Source of the DNA: Candidatus Bathyarchaeota archaeon
Lineage (GTDB): Archaea; Thermoproteota; Bathyarchaeia; 40CM-2-53-6
Direction: 5' to 3'
DNA length: 64,000 nt
Assembly: GCA_963726255.1 (NCBI GenBank)
Contig: CAVSBL010000002.1
Coordinates: 1,344,001-1,408,000 of the forward strand
The notes below the pieces were generated by a model. That model was given only the letters and a program-made list of their open reading frames with translations, had not been told where the DNA came from and did no database searches. The position numbers and the translations under genes are program-made. How positions within the stretch are numbered: position 1 is the first letter of the stretch; every line of letters starts with the position of its first letter. Positions 8,904 to 17,990 of the stretch are shown piece after piece.

Positions 8904-9836
8904 CTACTGTAATTCCACGTCGTCGCCGGTCAGTACCTGCCCCGCTTGAATGCTGCGCTTCGCCTTGAGGTGTGTCGTCCCAAACTCCAAAGCTAGGTCA
9001 ATAAACCTCTGACGCTTCCTCACAGGAGCTGCCCCTTTGGGATAGGCTCTGAGAAACTCAATCAGCGATGCCTGGACGACGGATTCAAACCAGCCTATGG
9101 ACGGGGCTAGCTCTTCTTTTCCATCTTGGAAGTGCTTAACCCATACAAGCCTATGCTTGTCAGCCAGCAAAGATGCGCTCGGGACGTCCTTCCCTCCATG
9201 GGCATACTGCGAACGAAATTCGCGTATCTTTGAAAGGAGACCGTCAACGGGCATTTGAGCGATACCGGTTCCCAGAAGTCCGCTCGGGCAGTAACGCTTG
9301 ATGAAATTGACGAAACTTTCTCTGAAGCTCTCTCCTGGTGTGACAATACTTCCCAAGCATTCTATGCATGAAACAAGGAGGAAATTCGCAAGTGACGGTC
9401 TATCATCGATGACCTGAACCGCCAGTTGATACAAGTCACAGGATCGCAGGTAAGTGTGGAACAGCTTCTCGTCAAACGTGCAAAGGGTCTCGAATAAATC
9501 ACCGAGTTCTCGTGGGGGCTCGACTGTGGTGATGAATTGAGAGTAGACACTCTTGGAATCAACTGATATGCCATTAATCTCTTCAGCCTTGACGGCAAAA
9601 CGTGACTTTAACAGAACCGACAGCCAAGACAGTATGAGCTTTCCCTCCTGGATTGGGTTTGACGCAGTCTGACCTTGAATCCATTCATCTTTGAATTCGA
9701 GAACTACCTCCTTCCCATCCGAATTCGGGACCGTGGTGACTCGATATGGGTCAAACTCTATTGATACAGATTCTGGGAAATTTCTAGAAGACTGGAACCG
9801 TATGGATACGTCTAATGAGGACTCTATTGGAGCCAT
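8904..9836 (-). CDS. ApeA-like HEPN-domain protein
   Basis: FLLVSCIECL helix and RSQYAH (RxxxxH) motif; beta-rich N-terminal domain. Confidence 0.65.
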   Translation of the reverse strand: MAPIESSLDVSIRFQSSRNFPESVSIEFDPYRVTTVPNSDGKEVVLEFKDEWIQGQTASNPIQEGKLILSWLSVLLKSRFAVKAEEINGISVDSKSVYSQFITTVEPPRELGDLFETLCTFDEKLFHTYLRSCDLYQLAVQVIDDRPSLANFLLVSCIECLGSIVTPGESFRESFVNFIKRYCPSGLLGTGIAQMPVDGLLSKIREFRSQYAHGGKDVPSASLLADKHRLVWVKHFQDGKEELAPSIGWFESVVQASLIEFLRAYPKGAAPVRKRQRFIDLALEFGTTHLKAKRSIQAGQVLTGDDVELQ

Positions 9837-9946
9837 TCTGGATCGGTCATTGTATGCGAATTCAGAGATTTTATCATGACTTCAGTCAGTTAGACGCAGG
9901 ACGCCTTACTTCGATTGTACTCTTGAGCCACGTGACCAAGAAGTAT

Positions 9947-11053
9947 TCACGACTTTCGATTCCATATGATGTTCCTCATCCGCTCGAACGGATCATGATA
10001 GTAGAGTACTCCGTCCGGAACTGGCGTGCCTTGCATCCTCATGTACCGCTTGCTCGTTTCTGACCGGATCAAGTCGTAACTTATCGGCTCGTTATAGATG
10101 AACCAGAAGTCCTTGCTGTGATCCTCGAGTTTCTTTGCCTGCTCCAGGTAGACTTTCAGGTCAGCAGATATCGTCTCCGTGAAGAAACCTGCCACGAGTA
10201 TGATCAGCATCGCCTCGAAATGGGCGAGATAGTGAAGCAATAGCTCCTCATGAATCTGGTTCCTCCGATCGCTAACCTCAGCCGAGTAGGTCATGGACTG
10301 GATATCTAACACTCCTCTCCGAGTAGGATGAGTGAAAGAACTGAGAAAGTTGTAGTGCACCCAGAACCTATCGAGTTGTTCCTTTGTCAGCAGGTTGTTC
10401 AAGAGCAGGTTGTCGGCAATCTTTTCGACGTATAGATATTGGCTGTATAGATGCTTGTGACGCTCAACAACTTTTTCGAACTCGCGTCCAGGCTTATAGA
10501 GAGTTGGCAGTTCGGCTAGAAACTTCACATCGGGGTCGTACTCATCGAATACAAAATAATACATCGGAATAGGTTCGCCCTTTTTCTCAACGTCCTTTCG
10601 CTCATACAAGCCCTCAGTTTCGATTGTAACGTGAATAACGTCATCTTTGTGTCCTTTGTTAATCGCTTTGATTATCGGGTCTAGCTTTCCGGACTTTCCG
10701 TCCAACACCCACTTCTCACATGTCTTATCTCGAGCCTCTCTGGTGTTCGACGAAGTTTCCGGGATGATGTTGTAGTCTCTTGTTTCTCTGTATCGCTTGC
10801 CCTTGATCATCAGTAAGAGCACAAAGTAGTATTCGAACACGCTCCTGAGAAGAATGTAACAGTCTTTGTATTTGGCAGCCTTCAAGTTTTGAACAATTGT
10901 ACGTATCGAATCAAATTCGGAATAGAAGACCCGAATGTAAGTTGTCCAACTTGAAGACCAACCCTGAGTTATTGACTTGCCTACGTCGAGTTCTAGATTG
11001 GTCACTAGTTCTGCAGTTTCTTCTATCAATTCAAAGCCTGGTAGCGTCGACAT
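9947..11053 (-). CDS. HEPN-like (DUF5677-type) protein
   Basis: YILLRSVFE and YNFLSSFTHP motifs. Confidence 0.55.
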   Translation of the reverse strand: MSTLPGFELIEETAELVTNLELDVGKSITQGWSSSWTTYIRVFYSEFDSIRTIVQNLKAAKYKDCYILLRSVFEYYFVLLLMIKGKRYRETRDYNIIPETSSNTREARDKTCEKWVLDGKSGKLDPIIKAINKGHKDDVIHVTIETEGLYERKDVEKKGEPIPMYYFVFDEYDPDVKFLAELPTLYKPGREFEKVVERHKHLYSQYLYVEKIADNLLLNNLLTKEQLDRFWVHYNFLSSFTHPTRRGVLDIQSMTYSAEVSDRRNQIHEELLLHYLAHFEAMLIILVAGFFTETISADLKVYLEQAKKLEDHSKDFWFIYNEPISYDLIRSETSKRYMRMQGTPVPDGVLYYHDPFERMRNIIWNRKS

Positions 11054-11141
11054 GCAAACTCTCAGCTAGTACCAATCTTGCACGTTGGGCATCTGTCACT
11101 TTCTTGCATTTGTTTTGCCTCGAAGGGAGATAACAAGTTCG

Positions 11142-11768
11142 CTAATGCCTTTCAGTGGAGGGTTGGTGCTCCCAATTCCTGTTTCTAGGGTTTGAGAATG
11201 AATAGACAATCGTGAAGTCATCCGCGTTCCTAAGGGCTCGTACGTCTTGTTCTAGGTTCCTTGCCTTGTCGAATATCACGACATAGCCACCAAACTCTCT
11301 CTGGACATACCGGCGGATTTTCCGGAACTTCTCAATGTCTTTGCCTATTCTGTTGAGGAATGCTGCATCGGATTCTCTGTTGGATCGCCTCAGCTTTAGT
11401 TCAATGATTGTGAAGAATCCGTCAAATCCATATTGCTTAGAAGGCAATTCGAGGCCAGAGGCTGTCGTGATCAAAGTAGACGCATCTATGAGCACGATAT
11501 CCGACCTGTACCTCATTTTGGTCTCCCTATGGCCGTACCATCGCACTTCAGAATGCAGCTCTATGGAACGACTGTCATCGTGAGTTGCTCTAATGACAGA
11601 GAAACGACTTCCTAACAATTTAGAAAACAAATGGCTTCGGACATCTTCCTCCGTTAGGAAGACATCTGGAAATTCGTTGAATTTGGCTTTCAATTCATTG
11701 ATTGAGTTTTGGATCAATTGTCCTGAAGTTTCAGCTGGCGTTCGTGCTGCAGAAGTACCTTGCTCCAT
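11142..11768 (-). CDS. PD-(D/E)XK restriction-endonuclease-fold protein
   Basis: TEEDVR...RSDIVLID...IIELK...KDIEK. Confidence 0.6.
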   Translation of the reverse strand: MEQGTSAARTPAETSGQLIQNSINELKAKFNEFPDVFLTEEDVRSHLFSKLLGSRFSVIRATHDDSRSIELHSEVRWYGHRETKMRYRSDIVLIDASTLITTASGLELPSKQYGFDGFFTIIELKLRRSNRESDAAFLNRIGKDIEKFRKIRRYVQREFGGYVVIFDKARNLEQDVRALRNADDFTIVYSFSNPRNRNWEHQPSTERH

Positions 11769-11958
11769 AACGTGATAATGCTGTCACGTGCTTATCAAAG
11801 AATGCCAAAATGGATATCCAGATTGTTCCAGTGGAAAAATCATTCGTAGGTTTCTCTTGCATGAAGCAAGCCTGCCGCCTCTGCAGGTGAACAGGAAAGC
11901 TAACGACCTCAGAAAACAAACGCATTTCTGAGCATATCGGTCTATCTGAGGCACCAAC

Positions 11959-11978
11959 TTCAGTCAATTATGACTGAA
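11959..11978. promoter_or_regulatory. palindrome between the wHTH gene and the nuclease/HEPN genes
   Basis: TTCAGTCA-ATTA-TGACTGAA. Confidence 0.35.
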
Positions 11979-11988
11979 TCTGCGACAT

Positions 11989-12756
11989 TTACCGTTCCCG
12001 ATCGTAGTCAGATAGACTTCGGTTAGTGAGTAAGAAGTCGACTTGATTGGTTGAGGCCGCTAATACTTCTTTGGCCTTAGAAAGTAGGAAACGGCATTCA
12101 TCCGAGAAGTGTCCAACATAGACAACAATGTCACGCTTTTCTCGCCAAGTGCGCTTCACAAAGTCGCAAGTTATGAGCCAATTCAAATCACGATCCCAGA
12201 GTTTCTCTCGATAATCAAGAAGAAGGTCAATCAACACCAGCGTGTTTCCTCGTTGCTGGTCTTGTTCCTCTATCTCCATGATGCTTGCGATGAGATTCTC
12301 CAGCCCACTGGAACCAAATTCGACTGCGCAATTCGCCAGCGCCTCTAGCAAATCCCATGTCTCAATAGTGTCCATGGCTTCATAATTCAAGAGCAATCGA
12401 CCAAGTGAAGTTATGCCATAAAGTTTCTTTTCTTTCCCAGATGCCCTCCAGGGCGTTGCCCTGACGACCCTTACAGCTCCTTTGTGGCGCAAAGACTTGA
12501 GTGCGCGAGTGACCTGAGTTCTGTGCAGTTTGCAGACCTTAGCCAACGCATACTCGTGTAGAGGTTCAGGTTCTTCGCCTTCATTTTCTCCGTACAATTT
12601 GCGGAGGATAATCGGCTCAGCGAAATTCTGGTACGGGGCGGGTTTACGCTCGGGAACGTAAGTCCACGAGCGCAAAGGGTCATCAGTCATGATGCGGATC
12701 AATTGTCGAATGCTATCCTCTACGATGCGGCGATCTGTGCCGCTGGGGTATTCCAT
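11989..12756 (-). CDS. winged-helix DNA-binding protein (start moved to ATG 12756)
   Basis: LHEYALAKVCKLHRTQVTRALKSLRHKGAV...KKLYGITSLG wHTH; the longer ORF-track extension runs across the operator-like repeats. Confidence 0.65.
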   Translation of the reverse strand: MEYPSGTDRRIVEDSIRQLIRIMTDDPLRSWTYVPERKPAPYQNFAEPIILRKLYGENEGEEPEPLHEYALAKVCKLHRTQVTRALKSLRHKGAVRVVRATPWRASGKEKKLYGITSLGRLLLNYEAMDTIETWDLLEALANCAVEFGSSGLENLIASIMEIEEQDQQRGNTLVLIDLLLDYREKLWDRDLNWLITCDFVKRTWREKRDIVVYVGHFSDECRFLLSKAKEVLAASTNQVDFLLTNRSLSDYDRER

Positions 12757-12862
12757 ATGACACACTCGAGCCTGGAGAAAAGCCGTGTCATTTGTCATAT
12801 AAGGGTGAAAGGGTGGATTCGATATATGACACGCTGCAGATGCCGGCGCAATGGTGTCATAT
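12755..12862. promoter_or_regulatory. two ATATGACAC-N21-GTGTCATwT inverted-repeat pairs plus an extra TGTCATAT half-site
   Basis: ATATGACAC 12755-12763 / GTGTCATTT 12785-12793; ATATGACAC 12824-12832 / GTGTCATAT 12854-12862; TGTCATAT 12793-12800. Confidence 0.75.
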
Positions 12863-12908
12863 GGCATAAAACCATGTAACACCTATCATTAGACCAAGGT
12901 CTACGTCT

Positions 12909-13325
12909 GTGATCCAAGAGATCATTGAAACAATAGTCTTCACAATTTCAAACCCAGTTGCCTTGGTCTTGCTCATCGGATTACTGGCGATATCCTTCAA
13001 GTGGAGAGCGAAGGAGCCCAAGATCCTCCTTTTCGGTCTGACCTTGGCTTCAGGACTTTCGTTATGGGTGACCCAGCAACTCTCTGCGGGAACATTGAAT
13101 CCAGCTTGGGCGATCGAGTATTACAAGCTTAGCTTCGGGTGGGCAAATGCGAAAATGGTCAATTTCCTGGGAATCCGACTTCTTGACCTAGCCGGGTTCT
13201 TCGCTGTCGTCGCTCAACTAGTAAAGGATCGGAGAACAGGATTCTTCGGTTTCGTCATGTTTCTTTCAATTCTTTGTGGCATAGTTTGGTTGGCTGCGTT
13301 CTCAGGATACCTATCAATTCGCTAG
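12909..13325 (+). CDS. small 4-TM membrane protein
   Basis: Four hydrophobic segments; divergent from the wHTH gene. Confidence 0.65.
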   Translation: MIQEIIETIVFTISNPVALVLLIGLLAISFKWRAKEPKILLFGLTLASGLSLWVTQQLSAGTLNPAWAIEYYKLSFGWANAKMVNFLGIRLLDLAGFFAVVAQLVKDRRTGFFGFVMFLSILCGIVWLAAFSGYLSIR

Positions 13326-13359
13326 CAAGTTTCGGTGTGCATGAATGGAAGGGTCTTGT

Positions 13360-13384
13360 GGTCAACTGGTGCGCGCACACACAC
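13360..13384 (+). repeat. intergenic repeat copy
   Basis: GGTCAACTGGTGCGCGCACACACAC followed by AAAACCACTACG. Confidence 0.85.
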
Positions 13385-13443
13385 AAAACCACTACGACGT
13401 ACGAACGAGCCGAATCCTTGGCGAATGCCTGACTGGTTTTCCA

Positions 13444-14055
13444 CTAGTGCCCCTTAAAATCATAAACTTCAAGATCGGAGTCGAATGCATACCATTTTTT
13501 TTGGAGGGATGGATCGGTGCTGAGGTCCTGTAGGTATTTCTCAACACCTCGTCTTAGATCCTCTATCAGAGAAAGCAAGTTCAGTTGTAGTACCTGCTTT
13601 CTCCCAGAGCCGGGCACCTGCCAGCTGAAATGCTCCTCTCTAGGCAATTGGTCTGTAGACCAATGCAATAACCACCCGTACTCTGTCCCAGTCTTTGTCC
13701 CTGCTAGCCACCGCGGTTCGCTAGTATGCATTAGTTTGTGTCGCCACACCTGAACTGCCAATTCTGATTCCAGTCTACCGAGACCTAGGTACTTCACCAT
13801 GAACTCGATCATGCGAGGAGTCTGGTTAGAATCGTTTCCTTTCCAGTAGCTCGAGAACAGGTCGACATAGGCAAAACACGTCATCATATAGGCGTATAGT
13901 GTGCGAGAGAAATGTTTGGGGTGGCGCTTCCAGTTGCGCTTTACAATACGTGTGTAGAATAGTCTTGCTTCATACTCAAGATCGTAGATCATCACACGTA
14001 AAACTTTCTTCGCCTTGAAGTATTTCCAATTCCTTCTCATGTGCCGCCCACTCAA
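13444..14055 (-). CDS. HEPN-like protein
   Basis: CFAYVDLFS helix and WRHKLMH (RxxxxH). Confidence 0.55.
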   Translation of the reverse strand: MSGRHMRRNWKYFKAKKVLRVMIYDLEYEARLFYTRIVKRNWKRHPKHFSRTLYAYMMTCFAYVDLFSSYWKGNDSNQTPRMIEFMVKYLGLGRLESELAVQVWRHKLMHTSEPRWLAGTKTGTEYGWLLHWSTDQLPREEHFSWQVPGSGRKQVLQLNLLSLIEDLRRGVEKYLQDLSTDPSLQKKWYAFDSDLEVYDFKGH

Positions 14056-14098
14056 CTGGTAGCAGCTAGACCGGATGCTGGTCTAAAAGGAGGGGGTG

Positions 14099-14121
14099 GG
14101 TCAGCTGGTGCGCACACACAC
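14099..14121 (+). repeat. intergenic repeat copy
   Basis: GGTCAGCTGGTGCGCACACACAC followed by TGAAAACTACG. Confidence 0.9.
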
Positions 14122-14259
14122 TGAAAACTACGGAAACATGTCGGCTTCCTTCTCACATTGGTCAAGCGCCCTAGGACCGATGAGTTAACCCTCTAAGACG
14201 GATATCTAATTCTGGCATGAAATAGATACTATAAGCAACCTTTCTATCAAAGGAGGAAC

Positions 14260-14931
14260 ATGCGGTATTCACGTGGATTCAGAAATCTGTTGCGTTTAGC
14301 GCGTACAAAGCGCGCGATAATTGTGATTTCACTCGTCTTGGCCATTATTGAGACAAGCGCTCTGATAACAGTTTTTGATACAGAACCACAGTCCTTTGAT
14401 GCTCCCCCGCAGTTCACATTTTCTGATAAGGTAATCTATGTTTCACCAATAAGGATCGGTACGAATGGTCCGAGTTATTTTCATTCCGTTGCAAGAGTGA
14501 ACGCCTGCTTTTCCTCACCTTATGCCGCTGCTTTCAAAACCTTCGAAGTCGACATGTCACTCGACAATGCAACCTGGACCAGAGTGCCGCTGCTTGGCCC
14601 TCAATCAGACTGTCACATAGAATCTTCAACTCTAGGACTCGTTGATTTGAGTAAATTGACTGTTGTAATTTACGTTAGATACTACATTCCACCACAAACC
14701 GTGCAACTACCAACTGGCGTTACAAAAGAAGTCTTTCTGAAGAGCGTGAATGGAACGATAATGATTCACAGAGAAGCTTCTCCGAAGGATCAAGTCGCAA
14801 CATTTCTAGTGTGCGTGGCTCTGTTGGGCTTGAATTTGGCAGTAGCTAACCATATTTCTCCGTCGAGAGGAAAAACAGGAACCGACCTGAACGACGGCTC
14901 TCCGGGGTACATCAAGATTAGTTGTCTTTGA
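14260..14931 (+). CDS. hypothetical protein with N- and C-terminal TM helices
   Basis: AGGAGG RBS; two hydrophobic anchors around a beta-rich domain. Confidence 0.6.
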   Translation: MRYSRGFRNLLRLARTKRAIIVISLVLAIIETSALITVFDTEPQSFDAPPQFTFSDKVIYVSPIRIGTNGPSYFHSVARVNACFSSPYAAAFKTFEVDMSLDNATWTRVPLLGPQSDCHIESSTLGLVDLSKLTVVIYVRYYIPPQTVQLPTGVTKEVFLKSVNGTIMIHREASPKDQVATFLVCVALLGLNLAVANHISPSRGKTGTDLNDGSPGYIKISCL

Positions 14932-14960
14932 GCGTCAGAGGAGGTGACCGTCGTTCGTAT

Positions 14961-14990
14961 GTGTGTAGGTCAGCTGGTGCGCACACACAC
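14961..14990 (+). repeat. intergenic repeat copy
   Basis: GTGTGTAGGTCAGCTGGTGCGCACACACAC; the last 23 bp are identical to 14099-14121. Confidence 0.9.
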
Positions 14991-15059
14991 TCAACAAAGC
15001 GCCCCCAATGACTTTAAGACCCATTCGATCGGAGAGGAGATAACCGCAGGTGCATTAGT

Positions 15060-15461
15060 TTGGATTTTCGTTTCGTCTACACCGGTATACGAGTGAAGAA
15101 TATGGAGGAATCTCTGAAGTTCTACACCGAGGTGCTAGGTATGGTAATCGCGGAGCCTCTTGAAAGCATGGGACCAACAAAGGGCAGCGCCGTCACACTC
15201 AAGAGTCGGGAATCGGAACAAATCTTAGAACTCAACCACTACGAAGACGATAGTCCATTCTGTTCAACATACGTAAACGGCGAAGAGCTTGACCACATAG
15301 CATTCGACGTCCACGACCTGACGGCCACAGTTGAAGAACTCAAACGAAAATCTGTTGAAGTATTGGTGGAACCGGGAGCGATCGGGGGAGTGATCGGATG
15401 GAAAGAAGCCTACGTCAAAGACCCAAACGGCATATGGATAGAACTCCTAGAACGAAAGTAG
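15060..15461 (+). CDS. VOC/glyoxalase I-family protein
   Basis: YTGIRV.NMEESLKFY, LELN, DHIAF, KDPNGIWIEL. Confidence 0.85.
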   Translation: MDFRFVYTGIRVKNMEESLKFYTEVLGMVIAEPLESMGPTKGSAVTLKSRESEQILELNHYEDDSPFCSTYVNGEELDHIAFDVHDLTATVEELKRKSVEVLVEPGAIGGVIGWKEAYVKDPNGIWIELLERK

Positions 15462-15466
15462 TCTAA

Positions 15467-15500
15467 GTGTGTGTGGGTCAGCTGGTGCGAGCAAGCAAAC
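15467..15500 (+). repeat. intergenic repeat copy (right arm decayed)
   Basis: GTGTGTGTGGGTCAGCTGGTGCGAGCAAGCAAAC. Confidence 0.8.
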
Positions 15501-15675
15501 CTGAACCGTTAGCCCCATTTCGAAACTGAGTTTCCGAAAACGCTTTCAGTTTCTATGACATATTGTGATTCTTAGCGGTGTTGTAAATGTCCGATGACGA
15601 AGCAAAGAGCTCCACAGATTTAGGAGCTAGTACGGCTTCGGTTCGGGAGTGCGATAAAATGAACGAGGACTGCTT

Positions 15676-15701
15676 CGTGGGTTCGAATTCCACCCACCGT
15701 A
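15676..15701 (+). other. degenerate tRNA 3' fragment (T-arm plus acceptor strand, tRNA-Leu-like), candidate att site
   Basis: CGTGGG-TTCGAAT-TCCAC-CCACCGTA; no recognisable D-arm or 5' acceptor upstream. Confidence 0.5.
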
Positions 15702-15738
15702 AAAACGACGGACCCTCCCGTAGTAGGGGGCCGGTGAA

Positions 15739-15784
15739 GTAGAAGATAACCGAACGGTACTGCGCTCCTACATCAGCCCCGTGC
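15739..15784 (-). pseudogene. msrA: msrA internal remnant
   Basis: Encodes [15 protein letters not shown]; 38/46 nt identical by eye to msrA 17593-17638. Confidence 0.7.
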
Positions 15785-15922
15785 TGAGCGGCTAAGAATC
15801 CCTTCGAACTTTTCCGACTCGCGAAGAACTCGACCAAATTGATCAACTATCGTCTTCCAACATCTGCCGCAAGTCCTCGCTCCGAACTTCATATGCCGAG
15901 TGATATCATGAATTGTTGGAGG

Positions 15923-17137
15923 CTAATGCGGTATCTCTTCAGGTGGTTTGACGTTCCGAAAGCTCGCGTAGATCATAAAGTCGTAAGCTAACTTCAACAG
16001 ACCCGCAGCCACCAACGGCGCGCCTAACCAGGTTACTTGCATTGCGTAGCCTGCGATCGTGGGGCTGATTGATGATGCCACAGTTCGTGTGCTGCTCGTT
16101 AATCCGGCTGTCGCGGTTCTGTCCGACTCATCAACTATTGCCATTACGTATGATTGCCTCGCCGGAACATCCATTTGGGAAAGGGACTGGCGGCATAAGA
16201 GGAGGGACACGGCACTCAGTGGGGTGGGTGCGAAGGCAACCGCAACCAAGAATACGTTTGAGGGAATGTGACTGAACACCATAGTTCGCAGCAGCCCTAT
16301 CTTCCTCGCAATCCTCTCTGCTAGCAGAAAGGACAGCGCGGTCACAATCTGGGTTGCAAAGAATATTTCACCGAGAGTAGATAGGTCGAGGGCGAAGCGG
16401 GTATAGAAGTAGTAGGATAGAATGCTCTGTCCAATGAAACCGCCGCCGAAAGCATCAACACTGAACAGGGCTGACAGCTTGAAGACTATGGGTCTGGCTT
16501 TCGGAGAGAGGGCAGTATGCTTCTTGTTTTCTTTCGCATGCTCCATTTCCACCTTTTCGGACAATGACGAGTAGAGTAGAGCACCGAGAAGCCCCGACGC
16601 CATGTAGGCTAAGAAGAGAGGCCGGTAACCAAAGTACTGTGGTATGCCAGCAATCAGAGCGCCTAGGGACGATGCTCCATACCCAACCAAGTTGTATATG
16701 CTGAACGCGAGCGTGCGCCTGTTAGAGTTGCATGTCCTGGGCAGGATGGCTTGCTCAAGTGAGAGGAACGGGCCGACTTCGCCTGCACCCACCGTCATGT
16801 TGCCAACTATTCCTGCAAACACGGGAGCCCACCAAGCGTTCGACAGGAACAGCGCCGATCCCGCCGCGAAATCAGTTAGGGCGAAGAAGATCAACGTGCG
16901 CCTCCTTCCGATTCGATCCGCAATGAAACTAACAATGAACGTGTAAAACGCGCTGCTAAGAACGGTAAATGTCAACACTATGCCTATTGCGAATGCGCTG
17001 AAGCCAAGCTGGGCCAAATAGACTCCAAAGAGTACGCCAAGAAATCCGTAGGGCACAGTGCGAACTGTCTTCTCCAGGAAAACTGTCTTGCCGTCCCTAT
17101 CGATCCAATCTCCAAGGCCTTTGATCAACGCGGCCAC
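15923..17137 (-). CDS. MFS transporter
   Basis: ADRIGRRR motif A; about 12 TMs. Confidence 0.85.
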   Translation of the reverse strand: MAALIKGLGDWIDRDGKTVFLEKTVRTVPYGFLGVLFGVYLAQLGFSAFAIGIVLTFTVLSSAFYTFIVSFIADRIGRRRTLIFFALTDFAAGSALFLSNAWWAPVFAGIVGNMTVGAGEVGPFLSLEQAILPRTCNSNRRTLAFSIYNLVGYGASSLGALIAGIPQYFGYRPLFLAYMASGLLGALLYSSLSEKVEMEHAKENKKHTALSPKARPIVFKLSALFSVDAFGGGFIGQSILSYYFYTRFALDLSTLGEIFFATQIVTALSFLLAERIARKIGLLRTMVFSHIPSNVFLVAVAFAPTPLSAVSLLLCRQSLSQMDVPARQSYVMAIVDESDRTATAGLTSSTRTVASSISPTIAGYAMQVTWLGAPLVAAGLLKLAYDFMIYASFRNVKPPEEIPH

Positions 17138-17352
17138 TTCTTACCTACCTGCCTGAAATATCTCCACAGCACAAGTCTAGTTCGCGTAAGCTTGAGGCTC
17201 GCTTCGGAGAATCGTATCTCGAATACAAGAAAGTTACTCCGCCATGGTTTGGTAGGAAGACCAAAACGAGGTTGAATGAAGGAGAAACGCTGATGCAAAA
17301 GTAACGTAAGGAACAAGAACGAATCCATCAGCGAAGACAGCCCAAGAACAAG

Positions 17353-17895
17353 TTAAGTTGCTTTTGTCAGCTTCTCGCGGTAGTGTTCCCGGAACTTCCT
17401 AACTTTGGGCGCAATAACGACTTGGCAGTATTGTTGACCCGGGTTGTTCTCGAAATATCGTTGGTGGTAGTCCTCAGCCCTGTAGAAGGCCTTCAACGGT
17501 TCAACTTGCGTAACAATCGGCGCGTCCCAAATACCGGCCTTTGTGACTTCCTTGATCACTTGTTCAGCAACTGCCCTCTGTTCGCTATCATGGTAGAAGA
17601 TTACGGAACGGTACTGAGTGCCCACGTCAGCCCCTTGCCGGTTTAGAGTCGTAGGGTCATGTACGGTGAAGAAGATCTCAAGGATCTCCTTGTATGAGAT
17701 TATCTCAGGTTCGAAGGTAATTTGCACTACTTCGGCGTGCCCCGTTTTCCCTGTGCAAACCTGTTGGTAGGTTGGGTTTGATACAGTGCCTCCGGAGTAT
17801 CCGGACTCCACCTTCACTACGCCCTTCAATTCTGTGAAAACTGCTTCCGTGCACCAGAAACAGCCTCCCCCGAGAGTAGCCACTTCAAGACTCAT
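17353..17895 (-). CDS. msrA: peptide-methionine (S)-S-oxide reductase
   Basis: [31 protein letters not shown]; start set at MSLEVAT (ORF track gives 17913). Confidence 0.95.
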   Translation of the reverse strand: MSLEVATLGGGCFWCTEAVFTELKGVVKVESGYSGGTVSNPTYQQVCTGKTGHAEVVQITFEPEIISYKEILEIFFTVHDPTTLNRQGADVGTQYRSVIFYHDSEQRAVAEQVIKEVTKAGIWDAPIVTQVEPLKAFYRAEDYHQRYFENNPGQQYCQVVIAPKVRKFREHYREKLTKAT

Positions 17896-17990
17896 GTTAC
17901 CATTTTGGGGCAATCTTGGCCTATAAACAAATCATCGGCCAAGCGAAGGACATCCTAAATAATTCTGAGATGGCATGAAATCAGTTTCGG

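Noticed and set aside
13360-15500. CRISPR array
   Set aside because: Repeat spacing is about 500-870 bp, each interval holds a whole gene, and no cas genes are visible.
6083-15500. Classical integron attC sites or E. coli-type dif sites
   Set aside because: No RYYYAAC/GTTRRRY ends, the genes are in mixed orientation and no IntI is seen. The GGTGCGCA match to the XerC arm is only 8 bp with no XerD arm.
15620-15705. Intact tRNA gene
   Set aside because: Only the T-arm and 3' strand are recognisable; I could not fold a D-arm, anticodon arm or 5' acceptor.
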